The position numbers and the translations under genes are program-made. Shown here piece by piece: positions 1-9,893 of a DNA stretch of 35,064 nucleotides; position 1 is the first letter of the stretch; each line of letters begins with the position of its first letter. Where the stretch lies: the NCBI RefSeq assembly GCF_001194135.2, contig NC_068982.1, positions 133,032,721 through 133,067,784 of the forward strand, in the 5' to 3' direction. Source of the DNA: Octopus bimaculoides. Lineage: Eukaryota. The notes below the pieces were generated by a model, which was given only the letters and a program-made list of their open reading frames with translations, was not told the DNA's origin and did not search any database.

Positions 1-62
1 GTTTCATAAAAGTAATCAATATAAAGAAAGCTCAGCAATGAATGAGTTTATGGATGGGTTGG

Positions 63-114
63 ATGGGTCCTGATGAAGAAGCAAAAACTCCCAAAATATG
101 GCATATATACCCAT
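63..114 (+). ncRNA. Decayed minimal type-I hammerhead ribozyme motif
   Basis: Reads ATGGGT(C)-CTGATGA-AGAAGC/AAAA/ACTCCC-AAAA-TATGGCATA-TA-(T)ACCCAT. The CUGAUGA box is intact, helix I has 6 bp and helix III is near-palindromic (ATATG-G-CATAT). Helix II has 3 mismatches and G12 is lost. Confidence 0.35.
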
Positions 115-282
115 TACCCATTTTTCCATCTTTAATCTCATTCTTTGTTTTCATCTGGTGTCTTGGATATGAAAATCATAGTGAAATCAGTGCTGGCTAT
201 AATTTCTATGGAAAATCGGTAGAGATGATCTTAACACATGGTTTAAGTGCACTGCGAATACAGTAGTACACAGTAGTACAAA

Positions 283-509
283 GGCAGCAAGCTGGCAGAA
301 TCATTAGCACACTGGGAAAAATGCTTAGCTGTATTTTATCTATGTTCTGAGTTCAAATTCCACCAAGGTCGACTTTGCCTTTCGTCCTTTCAGGGTCAAT
401 GAAATAAGTACCAGTTACGCACTGGAGTTGATGTAATCAATTTAATCCCTTTGTCTGTCCATGTTTGTCCCCTCTATGTTTAGCCCCCTGTGGGCAATAA
501 AGAAATAAA
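283..509 (+). mobile_element. tRNA-derived SINE, family 1
   Basis: Has an A-box-like TGGCAGAATC and a B-box GTTCAAATTC (351-360). It is homologous to copies at 15866, 16127, 16982, 34395 and 34675. Confidence 0.85.
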
Positions 510-863
510 TATAGGAGTACACAGTATTGACTCATGAAAACATTTAAAATAATTTGAAGTATGTTATGGTTGCATATTAAAATATGTCTCTCTACAAGTC
601 ATTAAAGCTCACACAGAATAAATTCTAATCAACTGGATTAAGCTCACTGCTCTGGGCACTGGTGTTCCTATTCCTCTAACTTATTTTAAAAAATATAATC
701 TATTATAATTTGATTAAATCAATAAAATATCACTATATCATCATGATATCTTACCTATCTACTTTAATGCATGTCATGATAGGAAGCTAACCCAATTAAG
801 ATTCTTTTAAAATGGGACAAAAAATCTGAAGCTCTGAAAGTTTCAGCATCTAAATATACTTAC

Positions 864-1102
864 TTTCAAATCTAATACTTTTTCTTCTTTAGAAATATCA
901 AATATAATAGCTTTACTAAATGTCTTTTCAATAAATATTGGTGGATTATCATCAACATCTTTAATGACAACGTCTACGTTTATTTTGTTGAGTATATCAG
1001 TAGAGGAAGATTTAGAACATGTTGTATTATATTTGACCTGAATACAATTGTTGACAACTACCACCAGTTTTAAGAATTTTGTTGTTTCATAATCAACTCC
1101 TT
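864..1102 (-). CDS. Cadherin exon (5' end in N gap); end of one EC repeat and start of the next
   Basis: Translates as GVDYETTKFLKLVVVVNNCIQVKYNTTCSKSSSTDILNKINVDVVIKDVDDNPPIFIEKTFSKAIIFDISKEEKVLDLK. It has DYE and DVDDNPP motifs and a phase-0 GTAAGT donor at 863-858. Confidence 0.93.
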
Positions 1103-2346
1103 NNNNNNNNNNNNNNNNNNNNNNNNNNNNNNNNNNNNNNNNNNNNNNNNNNNNNNNNNNNNNNNNNNNNNNNNNNNNNNNNNNNNNNNNNNNNNNNNNN
1201 NNNNNNNNNNNNNNNNNNNNNNNNNNNNNNNNNNNNNNNNNNNNNNNNNNNNNNNNNNNNNNNNNNNNNNNNNNNNNNNNNNNNNNNNNNNNNNNNNNNN
1301 NNNNNNNNNNNNNNNNNNNNNNNNNNNNNNNNNNNNNNNACTGCTTTTTCTTATATGCTGCGCTGTTCTATAATGCATATAGCTAGATAGACTGGACCAT
1401 CAAGATTCAAGTGTTTTTGCTAATAAAAAAATAGTTTATCTGTTCTGATGTCACAGACAGTAAAAGGCTCATAAACTTTGAACAGGTTACACAAGCCTCT
1501 CCCAAAAGACATTCTGATTCATCTTGACTTATAGATTTGTAATAAAAAACACTGCATTATATGATTCCAAGATACAATATACAATATATAATATATTCTT
1601 TCCTTCTCAATTTCTAAGTATAATTCCATGCTGCTCAATATCTCTTAACTGGTCTAGCTCTTTTCTTTATATCTAATAGTTTTCTATACAACACTGTTCC
1701 ATTGCAATGTTTCCCTTGTTCTGTGTGAACTTCAGTTTAAAACAGAACTTGTCAGTAGTTTGCAATAGAGAGTGTCTCTTTAGAATGCTCGTCATTCCTC
1801 TAGATTATATAATTTTATTATCATTGTACTTAAACATTATAGCATAGGTGATAAATCTTTGGCAAATCTCCAGATAAGGATTGATTTATAATTATAGCTA
1901 TTCCGCTTGCTGTTTTAATGCCCTCAAACAATGTATGAATGATATAACTCTTAATACTGCCTTGAGCTCACTGAGTCTGAAAACCCATTAAATAATACAT
2001 CTGATGATAAATATTCAAGTAATTTACTTATTTGAATTTGAGGAACAAATAGATATTCATCCTTAAATTTTAAAGAATAGTAGGCATGTGGAATTTCATT
2101 ATGCAACTCTAATGTACTATAAAGTATATGAAATATTTTTATGAGTCAACACCACATCCTACTGTGTAAGCAGTGCTCTTTACATTATTTTGTTAAGGTT
2201 ATTTCTACAGAGACTATAGCCAGCACTGATTTTTTGCTATAACGTTTCATATCTTTATATTTACTACGTTTCGTATCTTTATATTTAAAACTTTTTAGAA
2301 TTAAATATGTCCAAACAATTGAATATAATGAAAATGAACAAGTTTC

Positions 2347-2575
2347 TTAACCCTTTCATTACCAACCTGGCTGAAACCAGCTCTGGCTCTGAATACAAAT
2401 GTCTTGTTTTCATAAGTTTTAAATTAAAATCTTCCACCAAACCATAGTCACAATTTATGTTCCTAACACTAGCTTAATGATAACTAAGTTATTTTAATAA
2501 ATTCTTTGTTATATTTAAAATTAATTGAAAGAAACACAGAACATCTCAAAATAAATACAGTAACGAAAGGGTTAA
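2347..2575. mobile_element. TTAA-flanked MITE (piggyBac-like ends)
   Basis: TTAA-CCCTTTC...GAAAGGG-TTAA with a 221-bp body. A second, inverted copy lies at 25604-26238. Confidence 0.8.
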
Positions 2576-3049
2576 AATGGATATCAAAGTTGTTTAGTCT
2601 CAGGCTAGCCCTGATCAGACAGTGTCTTTCCCCTCTTAGCTATCAGGATAGCTAGGATCACTCTTTCAGTTTACTGTTTCTATTTTCAAGGTGATAGGGA
2701 GAGAATTGAAGGGATTGGTTGCTATCAATTAGGTCAAGTGAACTTGTAGAGGTTCCTGTTTGCTAGTGATTGGGCATTAAACGTAACTGCAATATTAATG
2801 ATTCTTGTCACCTGCTTTGGCAATAGTTCTCATTAAGGATATAAGAAAATTCACCTTCAAGAAACTCAAAGGTGCACCATGACACATTTTCACCACCATT
2901 CTTTTTCTCTTCCAACTGCAGTATCCAGCTAGACAACTATTCCTATTCTATTATCTTTAACTTCTCATCACATAGCATAAAGCCAGCTCCCTCAATACAT
3001 CCCTACCACCTCAGTCGAGGAGGAGACTTGCAAGTTACATGGTAACCAC

Positions 3050-3240
3050 ACTAGTGCTAGTACCATTTAAAACACATCTGACACACCTGTATAAAGTGAT
3101 TGGCATCAAGATAGGCATCCAGCCATAGAAACCAGATCAAAGCAGACATTGAAAATTGAAGTTGTCCTCTGGCCTGCCAGCTCCTGTCTCACTGTTCAAC
3201 CCACACTAGGATGGAAAATGGACGTTAAATGATGATGATG
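3050..3240 (+). mobile_element. Solo 3' tail of the RTE LINE family (5'-truncated copy)
   Basis: Homologous to 9340-9514 (GGCATCCAGC...GGAAAATGGACGTTAAA) and ends in (GAT)n. Confidence 0.75.
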
Positions 3241-4724
3241 AACTTGGCACTTAAATATTTGTGCTTATACAGAGGTTTCAGTTGTTGACACTATCTAAAT
3301 CAATAGTTACTGTTGTTTGACTCAGGTCAGCCTTGACTGAGTGGACCTATGACTATGCTATCTCAACAACAACATTGTTTAATACCTTTCTTGCATTAAG
3401 ACAGTAGAGTGTGATTTGAAGGAAATTTGACAGCTATTTCTGGAAAGTCCTGCACCCTTTTATAAGCACCCTTTTATAAGCACCCTCAGTGGCTTGTATT
3501 CAATAGTTAGGGTATCACAACCAATTCCAAGAGGAACACTCCACTCAAAATCCAAGTTTTATAATCTTCTACAAAGGACTTAAGTCCACACTCCTTATTC
3601 ATATCTAAGTGATGCATTACTTTATCTTAAATAACAGCATGCAACCAACATCAAATTGCCTTTCTTTTGACATTTGTACAGNNNNNNNNNNNNNNNNNNN
3701 NNNNNNNNNNNNNNNNNNNNNNNNNNNNNNNNNNNNNNNNNNNNNNNNNNNNNNNNNNNNNNNNNNNNNNNNNNNNNNNNNNNNNNNNNNNNNNNNNNNN
3801 NNNNNNNNNNNNNNNNNNNNNNNNNNNNNNNNNNNNNNNNNNNNNNNNNNNNNNNNNNNNNNNNNNNNNNNNNNNNNNNNNNNNNNNNNNNNNNNNNNNN
3901 NNNNNNNNNNNNNNNNNNNNNNNNNNNNNNNNNNNNNNNNNNNNNNNNNNNNNNNNNNNNNNNNNNNNNNNNNNNNNNNNNNNNNNNNNNNNNNNNNNNN
4001 NNNNNNNNNNNNNNNNNNNNNNNNNNNNNNNNNNNNNNNNNNNNNNNNNNNNNNNNNNNNNNNNNNNNNNNNNNNNNNNNNNNNNNNNNNNNNNNNNNNN
4101 NNNNNNNNNNNNNNNNNNNNNNNNNNNNNNNNNNNNNNNNNNNNNNNNNNNNNNNNNNNNNNNNNNNNNNNNNNNNNNNNNNNNNNNNNNNNNNNNNNNN
4201 NNNNNNNNNNNNNNNNNNNNNNNNNNNNNNNNNNNNNNNNNNNNNNNNNNNNNNNNNNNNNNNNNNNNNNNNNNNNNNNNNNNNNNNNNNNNNNNNNNNN
4301 NNNNNNNNNNNNNNNNNNNNNNNNNNNNNNNNNNNNNNNNNNNNNNNNNNNNNNNNNNNNNNNNNNNNNNNNNNNNNNNNNNNNNNNNNNNNNNNNNNNN
4401 NNNNNNNNNNNNNNNNNNNNNNNNNNNNNNNNNNNNNNNNNNNNNNNNNNNNNNNNNNNNNNNNNNNNNNNNNNNNNNNNNNNNNNNNNNNNNNNNNNNN
4501 NNNNNNNNNNNNNNNNNNNNNNNNNNNNNNNNNNNNNNNNNNNNNNNNNNNNNNNNNNNNNNNNNNNNNNNNNNNNAGATATTTAAAATTATGATATTTA
4601 TGTAGTAATATACATTATGATTTCGAGGTGTATCTTTTGCTAAAACAAATTTGTTTTATATTCTCTAAATGCAATAATTGACTCGTTTATTTTTGTTAAT
4701 AAGGTTTTCAAATTTTTTACTTAC

Positions 4725-4935
4725 CAATAGTATAACATAAATCAAATCCAGAATCTTTAGCCTTCACTGAGCCAATAGCTATTGGTGGTGGTCCTTCTTT
4801 AATTGTGAATGTGTCATTAGGCTGGAGAAATTCAGGGGGCTCATCATTAATGTTTGTAACATTCACAGATAACAAAAATATTGCAGGAATTGAAGGAAGC
4901 GATGGAGTACCAGCATCAGAAGCTTTTATTTCAAC
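4725..4935 (-). CDS. Cadherin exon, 211 nt (phase 0 to phase 1)
   Basis: Acceptor ttcatttctAG. Translates as VEIKASDAGTPSLPSIPAIFLLSVNVTNINDEPPEFLQPNDTFTIKEGPPPIAIGSVKAKDSGFDLCYTI(G), followed by a GTAAGT donor. It joins in frame to exon 14114-14293 (LDYEKKSLYQ|VEIKASDAG). Confidence 0.95.
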
Positions 4936-6360
4936 CTAGAAATGAAATATTGATAGCATTTTTTTTTATTCACATTTACTTTAATTTATAATTCACATTT
5001 ACTTTAATTTCTTTCTATTTATATCTGCAGCACCAGTAATGCTTATATTTACAAAGCTCATAATGCTTATACTTACAATGTTGCTAACACTTTCTCTTAC
5101 CCCCAGTAGGGGGTAAGAGTAAGTAACTATCTTAACATGCTCAAATATTTCAATGATGACAGGTCAAAAGTGAGAACAGTGTAGCATGTCAATCAAACGA
5201 ACACAGAAACCTTCTTTCCAGGTGATGAACAACATCTCCTTTTTCCAGGTTTCCTTCCACATTCCTTTCAGAGCTTTTAGAGTTGGCACTGTCAACGTAG
5301 GCACATTAAAAGGTAGGTCTAATGCGATTGTAGTGATGCTTGAACGGAGATGTGTTGATGAAAGAGGTGAGGTGGAGAGGAGTTTCAGCCAGGGTCGTCA
5401 TAGGTATAAAATCACAAGCAAAGCACAAAGGTATAAAATCTTCAGGGAAGGTAACAGTGATGGAGTAAGGGGTGTAAGCATACTCCTCGCAGAGAAATGG
5501 ATAGATAAGATCATAGAAGTAATCAGGGCATGCGATAGAATGCTTAAGCTTAGGCTAGTCTTGCAGAATAGTATAGCTACAATTATCTCTGCCTGCGCAC
5601 CACAAGCAGTCTACCAAATGATCAGAAGGACCACTTTTATGATAACCTGCCTCAAAGAAGAGTGACAATGATCTCATCTTTGTGGTTGGAGATTTTAATG
5701 AGCATGTTGGACAGCAATTTGGTATCTTCCATGGTGTTCATGGAGGCCATGGAATTGGTTCCTGAATCAAAGGGGGAACTAGGCTATTGGAGTTCTGTAA
5801 TGCAAGCAACCTACTAATCTGTAAGACCAACTTCAGGAAGCCAGCCAGCCACCTGATGACCTATCAATTAGGTGACTCTGCTAGCCAGATTGATCTCCTT
5901 CTCACCAGACAACAGGATGCAAGGTTGCTCTTAAATACAAAGACACTCCCTGGTGAAGAATGTACCCTCCAGCATAGACTAGTCATCAGTAACTTTAGAC
6001 TCAAGGCCAGAAGGATGCCAAGAAGCAGACCAATCCAGAAAAGAAGGATTTGGAAGCTTAAGAACCCTTCACATGGTCAGAGATTTAGGGACATCCTCAT
6101 TGAGAAATTTGATGAGAGGGAGGAGGAGCTACAGACTTATGACATAGACGGTAACTAGAAATTCCAGCATGACAGCTTACTGAGCACGACTGACCAAATC
6201 TGTGGCTGGCGCAAAGTCCCTTCCAGACCTAAGGTAACATAGTGGTGGAACAATACTGTAGACAGGGCTATTAGAGCAAAGAAATAGGCCTGGAAAACCT
6301 GGAAGAGTGGGGGTAGCAAGGAGGTGTACCAGATAGCCAGAAGGGAAGCTAGGAGATAGG

Positions 6361-6394
<34 letters not shown>

Positions 6395-6578
6395 TNNNNN
6401 NNNNNNNNNNNNNNNNNNNNNNNNNNNNNNNNNNNNNNNNNNNNNNNNNNNNNNNNNNNNNNNNNNNNNNNNNNNNNNNNNNNNNNNNNNNNNNNNNNNN
6501 NNNNNNNNNNNNNNNNNNNNNNNNNNNNNNNNNNNNNNNNNNNNNNNNNNNNNNNNNNNNNNNNNNNNATATATATAG

Positions 6579-6903
6579 ATCACCAGCATTCTACCTCCCA
6601 CACACAGCCCCTCGTTCCCGATCACCGTTTGTTATCTCCCCCTTTCTTAGCTCTCCTGAAATAAGAATTTCTAACTTCCGGTCAGCCATTGTTATGATCG
6701 GCCATTATTATGATTGACCGTTGACTGAACACTATTCCATTTTTTTTCTCCGTGTTTTTCTCCTTGTCTCCGTATTCTTTCTGTTGAAGAGCGTAGCTCG
6801 AAACGTCAAAGACTTTCCGTATTCCCGAGCGTCATACTAATATATACTTTTGTTATTTACACCACCTGTCCTCGTCTGTTGTTATTATTTGTATATTCTC
6901 CCA
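6579..6903 (+). mobile_element. Penelope-like-element terminal fragment between (TA)n tracts, nested in the RTE
   Basis: It interrupts the RTE at a TATA site and carries a minimal hammerhead. It is related to 17700-17915, which also abuts (TA)n. The PLE assignment rests on the ribozyme architecture only. Confidence 0.55.
6776..6812 (+). ncRNA. Minimal type-I hammerhead ribozyme motif (A6U core variant)
   Basis: UCUUU-CUGUUGA-A-GAGC(GUA)GCUC-GAAA-CG-UC/AAAGA. Helix I has 5 bp, helix II has 4 bp, helix III is the palindrome ACGU and the cleavage triplet is GUC. Confidence 0.75.
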
Positions 6904-9099
6904 TATATATATATATATATATAATAATATTAGGGACAAAATCCAAAATTACTTGGTTATTTTCCCTAAAACTATATATTTTATATATATATATAGCCAA
7001 GGGAGAAGTAGAAAAGAAGTTTGGCAATGTTCAGCAATGTGAGGACCAAAGAACTAAAGTATTTCAGATTGCAAGACAGTGTGTGAGAGAGAATTGTGAC
7101 GTCACAGCAGAGAAATGTGTCTGCATGGATGATTGCTCACTTGCATTTAGTGAGGCTGCAAAGAAAGAGGCTTGGAGATGCCATTATGAAAGACTACTGA
7201 ATGCGGAGAATGAGTGGAAGGAGGAGAGCCTGTCAAATGTTGACTCAGATGAGGGATCAGCTACCTGAACCAATAGTACCCTGGTAGATAAAGTAATTAA
7301 GGATATGAAGTCACGGAAAGCTCCTGGTCTATCAGGAATCACTGCTGAGATGCTTAAAATATCTGGTGGTGTGGATTATAGTCTAGTCACCCATATTGTA
7401 AATCAGGTAGTTCATGAAAGAGTCATACACAGTGACTGGTATAGCAGCACCATAGTCAACTGCTACAAAAGTAAAGGTGATGCTTTAGATAGAAATAAAT
7501 ACAGGGGTATCAAATTGTTAGATCAAGTGATGAAGGTCACAGAGAGGGTCATAGCCCAACTAATTTGGGAGAGAGTTAGCCTAGATGAGATGCAGTTTGG
7601 TTTTGTGCCAAGTAGAAGTACCACTGATGCTGTATTTCTGGTAAGGCAACTGCAGGAGAAATACCTAGCCAAAGATAAACTTCTGTATTTGGCTTTAGTT
7701 GACTTGGAGAAAGCCTTTGACAGGGTCCCCCGATCCCTTATCTGGTGGGCAATGCAGAAACTAGGGATAGACGAGTGGTTAGTAAGAGCTGTACAGGTCC
7801 TGTACAGGCATGCTGTCAGTAAGGTTAGGGTTGGCAATGAGTATAGTGAAGAATTCCGAATAGAAGTAGGGGTTCACCAAGGATCAGTCATCAGCCCTCT
7901 CTTATTCATCACAGTCCTCCAGGCAACAACAGAGGAATTCAAGACAGGATGTCCCTGGGAGCTCCTCTATGCTACTAACCTTGCTCTCATAGCTAAATTA
8001 CTCCAAGAACTAGAGAAGAAATTTCAATTGTGGAAGCACGGTCTAGAATCAAAGGTCTTTAGAGTCAATCTAGCAAAAACCAAAGTTCTAGTAATTAGGA
8101 AGGCAGACAAATCACAAATCCCTTCAGGTAGATGGCCCTGCACAATCTGTAGAAAAGGTGTACATAGAAACTCCATAAGATGTACCCAGTGTAAGTTATG
8201 GACACAAAAGAGGTGCAGCAATATCAAAGGAAGGTTAACTGGGATGATAATTTTTGTGTGTAGCAGATAAACAGGGCAATATACACCAAAGACGCTCAGA
8301 AAACAGATTCCATTACATGCCAGGGGAAGAAACTAGAAGTAGTTGATAGCTTCTGCTACCTAGGTGACTGAGTCTGTAGTGTGGGTAGATGCTCTGAGAG
8401 CGTTGCCACTAGAATAAGAGTAGCGTGGGCAATGTTCAGAAAGTTCCTACCTCTGCTGGTGACAAAGGGCCTCTCACTCAGAGTGAAAAGTAGACTGTAT
8501 GATGCATGTGTACAAACAGCCATGCTACAAGGCAGTGAAACATGGGCCATGACTGTTGAGGACATACGTAGGCTTGAAAGAAATGAAGCTAGTAGGATCT
8601 GCTGGATGTGTAATGTCAGTGTGCATACACGACAGAGTGTAAGCATCCTGAGAGAAATGTTGGACATAAGAAGCATCAAATGTGGTGTGCAAGAGAGACA
8701 ACTGTACTGGTATGGTCATGTACTGTGTATGGATGAAGAGAACTGTGTGAAAAAGTGTCACACCCTAATAGTGGAAGGAACCCATGGAAGTGGGAGACCC
8801 AGGAAGACATGGGATGAGGTGGTGAAGCATAACCTTCAAACATTGGGCCGCACAGAGGCAATAACAAGAGACCAAGACCTTTGGAAATATGTGCTGTGAT
8901 TGAGAAGACCCAGCAAGTAAAGTGAGATCACAGCTGTAGCCTATACCAATGTCACATAACCAGCCCATTTAAAATTACCCTTGAATCATTGGGAGATACA
9001 CTGAGCTTGAGAAGACCTATTGAGTCAAGCAAAATCAAAAACCAAAATCAAAAGCCAATCAAGATCGAAATCAAAATGGAAATTGTAGTTGTGGCCAAG

Positions 9100-9350
9100 G
9101 CCAGTGCCGTCTGACTGGCACCAGCACTGATGGCATGTAATAAGCACCATTCAAGCATGTGTCAATACTAGTGCTGCCTTACTGGCTCCCCATGCCGGTG
9201 GCACATAAAAAGCACCATCCTAATGTGATCAATGCCAGTCCCCCACTGACTGGCTCCTGTGCCAGTGGCACATAAAAAGCACCATCCAAATGTGGTCAAT
9301 GCCAGTGCCGCCTGACTGGCTCCTGTCCCAGTGGCATGTAAAAAGCACCC
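9100..9350 (+). repeat. 67-bp tandem minisatellite (about 3.7 units) in the RTE 3' UTR
   Basis: Units start at 9100, 9167, 9234 and 9301 (GCCAGTGCCGCCTGACTGGCTCC...AAAAAGCACCATCC...GTGGTCAAT). Confidence 0.9.
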
Positions 9351-9893
9351 TCTACACTCTCAGAGTGGTTGGTGTTAGGAAGGGCATCCAGCTGTAGAAA
9401 CCTCGCCATATCAGATTGGAGCCTGGCACAGCCTACTGGCTTGCCATTCCTTAGTCAAACCATCCAACACATGCCAGCATAGAAAACAGACATTAACCGA
9501 TGATGATGATGATGGTTAAAAAATGAAACTTTATTCACGAAAATGACATGAAATTTGAGTATCAACTATGTATCTGAGTAACACTAAATTGTCTATGTAT
9601 CTACAATATTAACATAAACAATAAGTCTTTTTTTTTTTATTTTGGCATGTGTTGCACAGAACACTTTCAGGCAATATTTAATAACAATATTCCCTTCTTG
9701 ATGCCAACTTTTAATCAATTCTTTCAACATACAGGGATACAGGATACCTATTTTTACAATTAGAATAAACATCATATGGAAGAAGGTATGTCATGGTGCA
9801 TCCAGCCATGACCAATCAGGTTAATGCATGCTCAGAAGGTTATGCTACTGGTCGGGTACTGGTGGTCTGCTGGGAATGAAGGCAAGGAGTTGG

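Larger units (their letters stand above)
5094..9514 (+). mobile_element. Near full-length decayed RTE-clade LINE (APE endonuclease + RT)
   Basis: APE motifs are TVNVGTL, VGDFN.HVG and SQIDLLL...QHRLV. RT motifs are KAPG, NKYRGI, QFGF, DLEKAFDRV and GVHQGSVISPLLF. The C-terminus has GSETW and GRPRKTW, and the 3' UTR ends in (GAT)n. There are many stops and frameshifts, and an insertion at about 6360-6995. The 5' boundary is approximate. Confidence 0.93.

Noticed and set aside
283-360. tRNA genes at A-box/B-box sites
   Set aside because: There is no cloverleaf, and each continues into a SINE body shared with other copies.
1340-1420. Possible start of the 864-1102 exon on the far side of the gap
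   Set aside because: After the ttttttattAG site, all three frames hit stops or lack cadherin motifs. The acceptor is probably inside the gap.
2001-2007. Other CTGATGA boxes (2001 on +, 14723-14729 on -) and CTGAAGA (about 22070)
   Set aside because: There is no helix II followed by GAAA and no flanking helix I.
1500-2030. Possible CR1/L2-like 3' remnant on the minus strand
   Set aside because: Only faint motif echoes (e.g. AAWN) are visible, too decayed to call by eye.
9100-9350. 67-bp repeats as a CRISPR array
   Set aside because: The whole unit repeats with no unique spacers, it lies in a LINE 3' UTR, and the context is eukaryotic.
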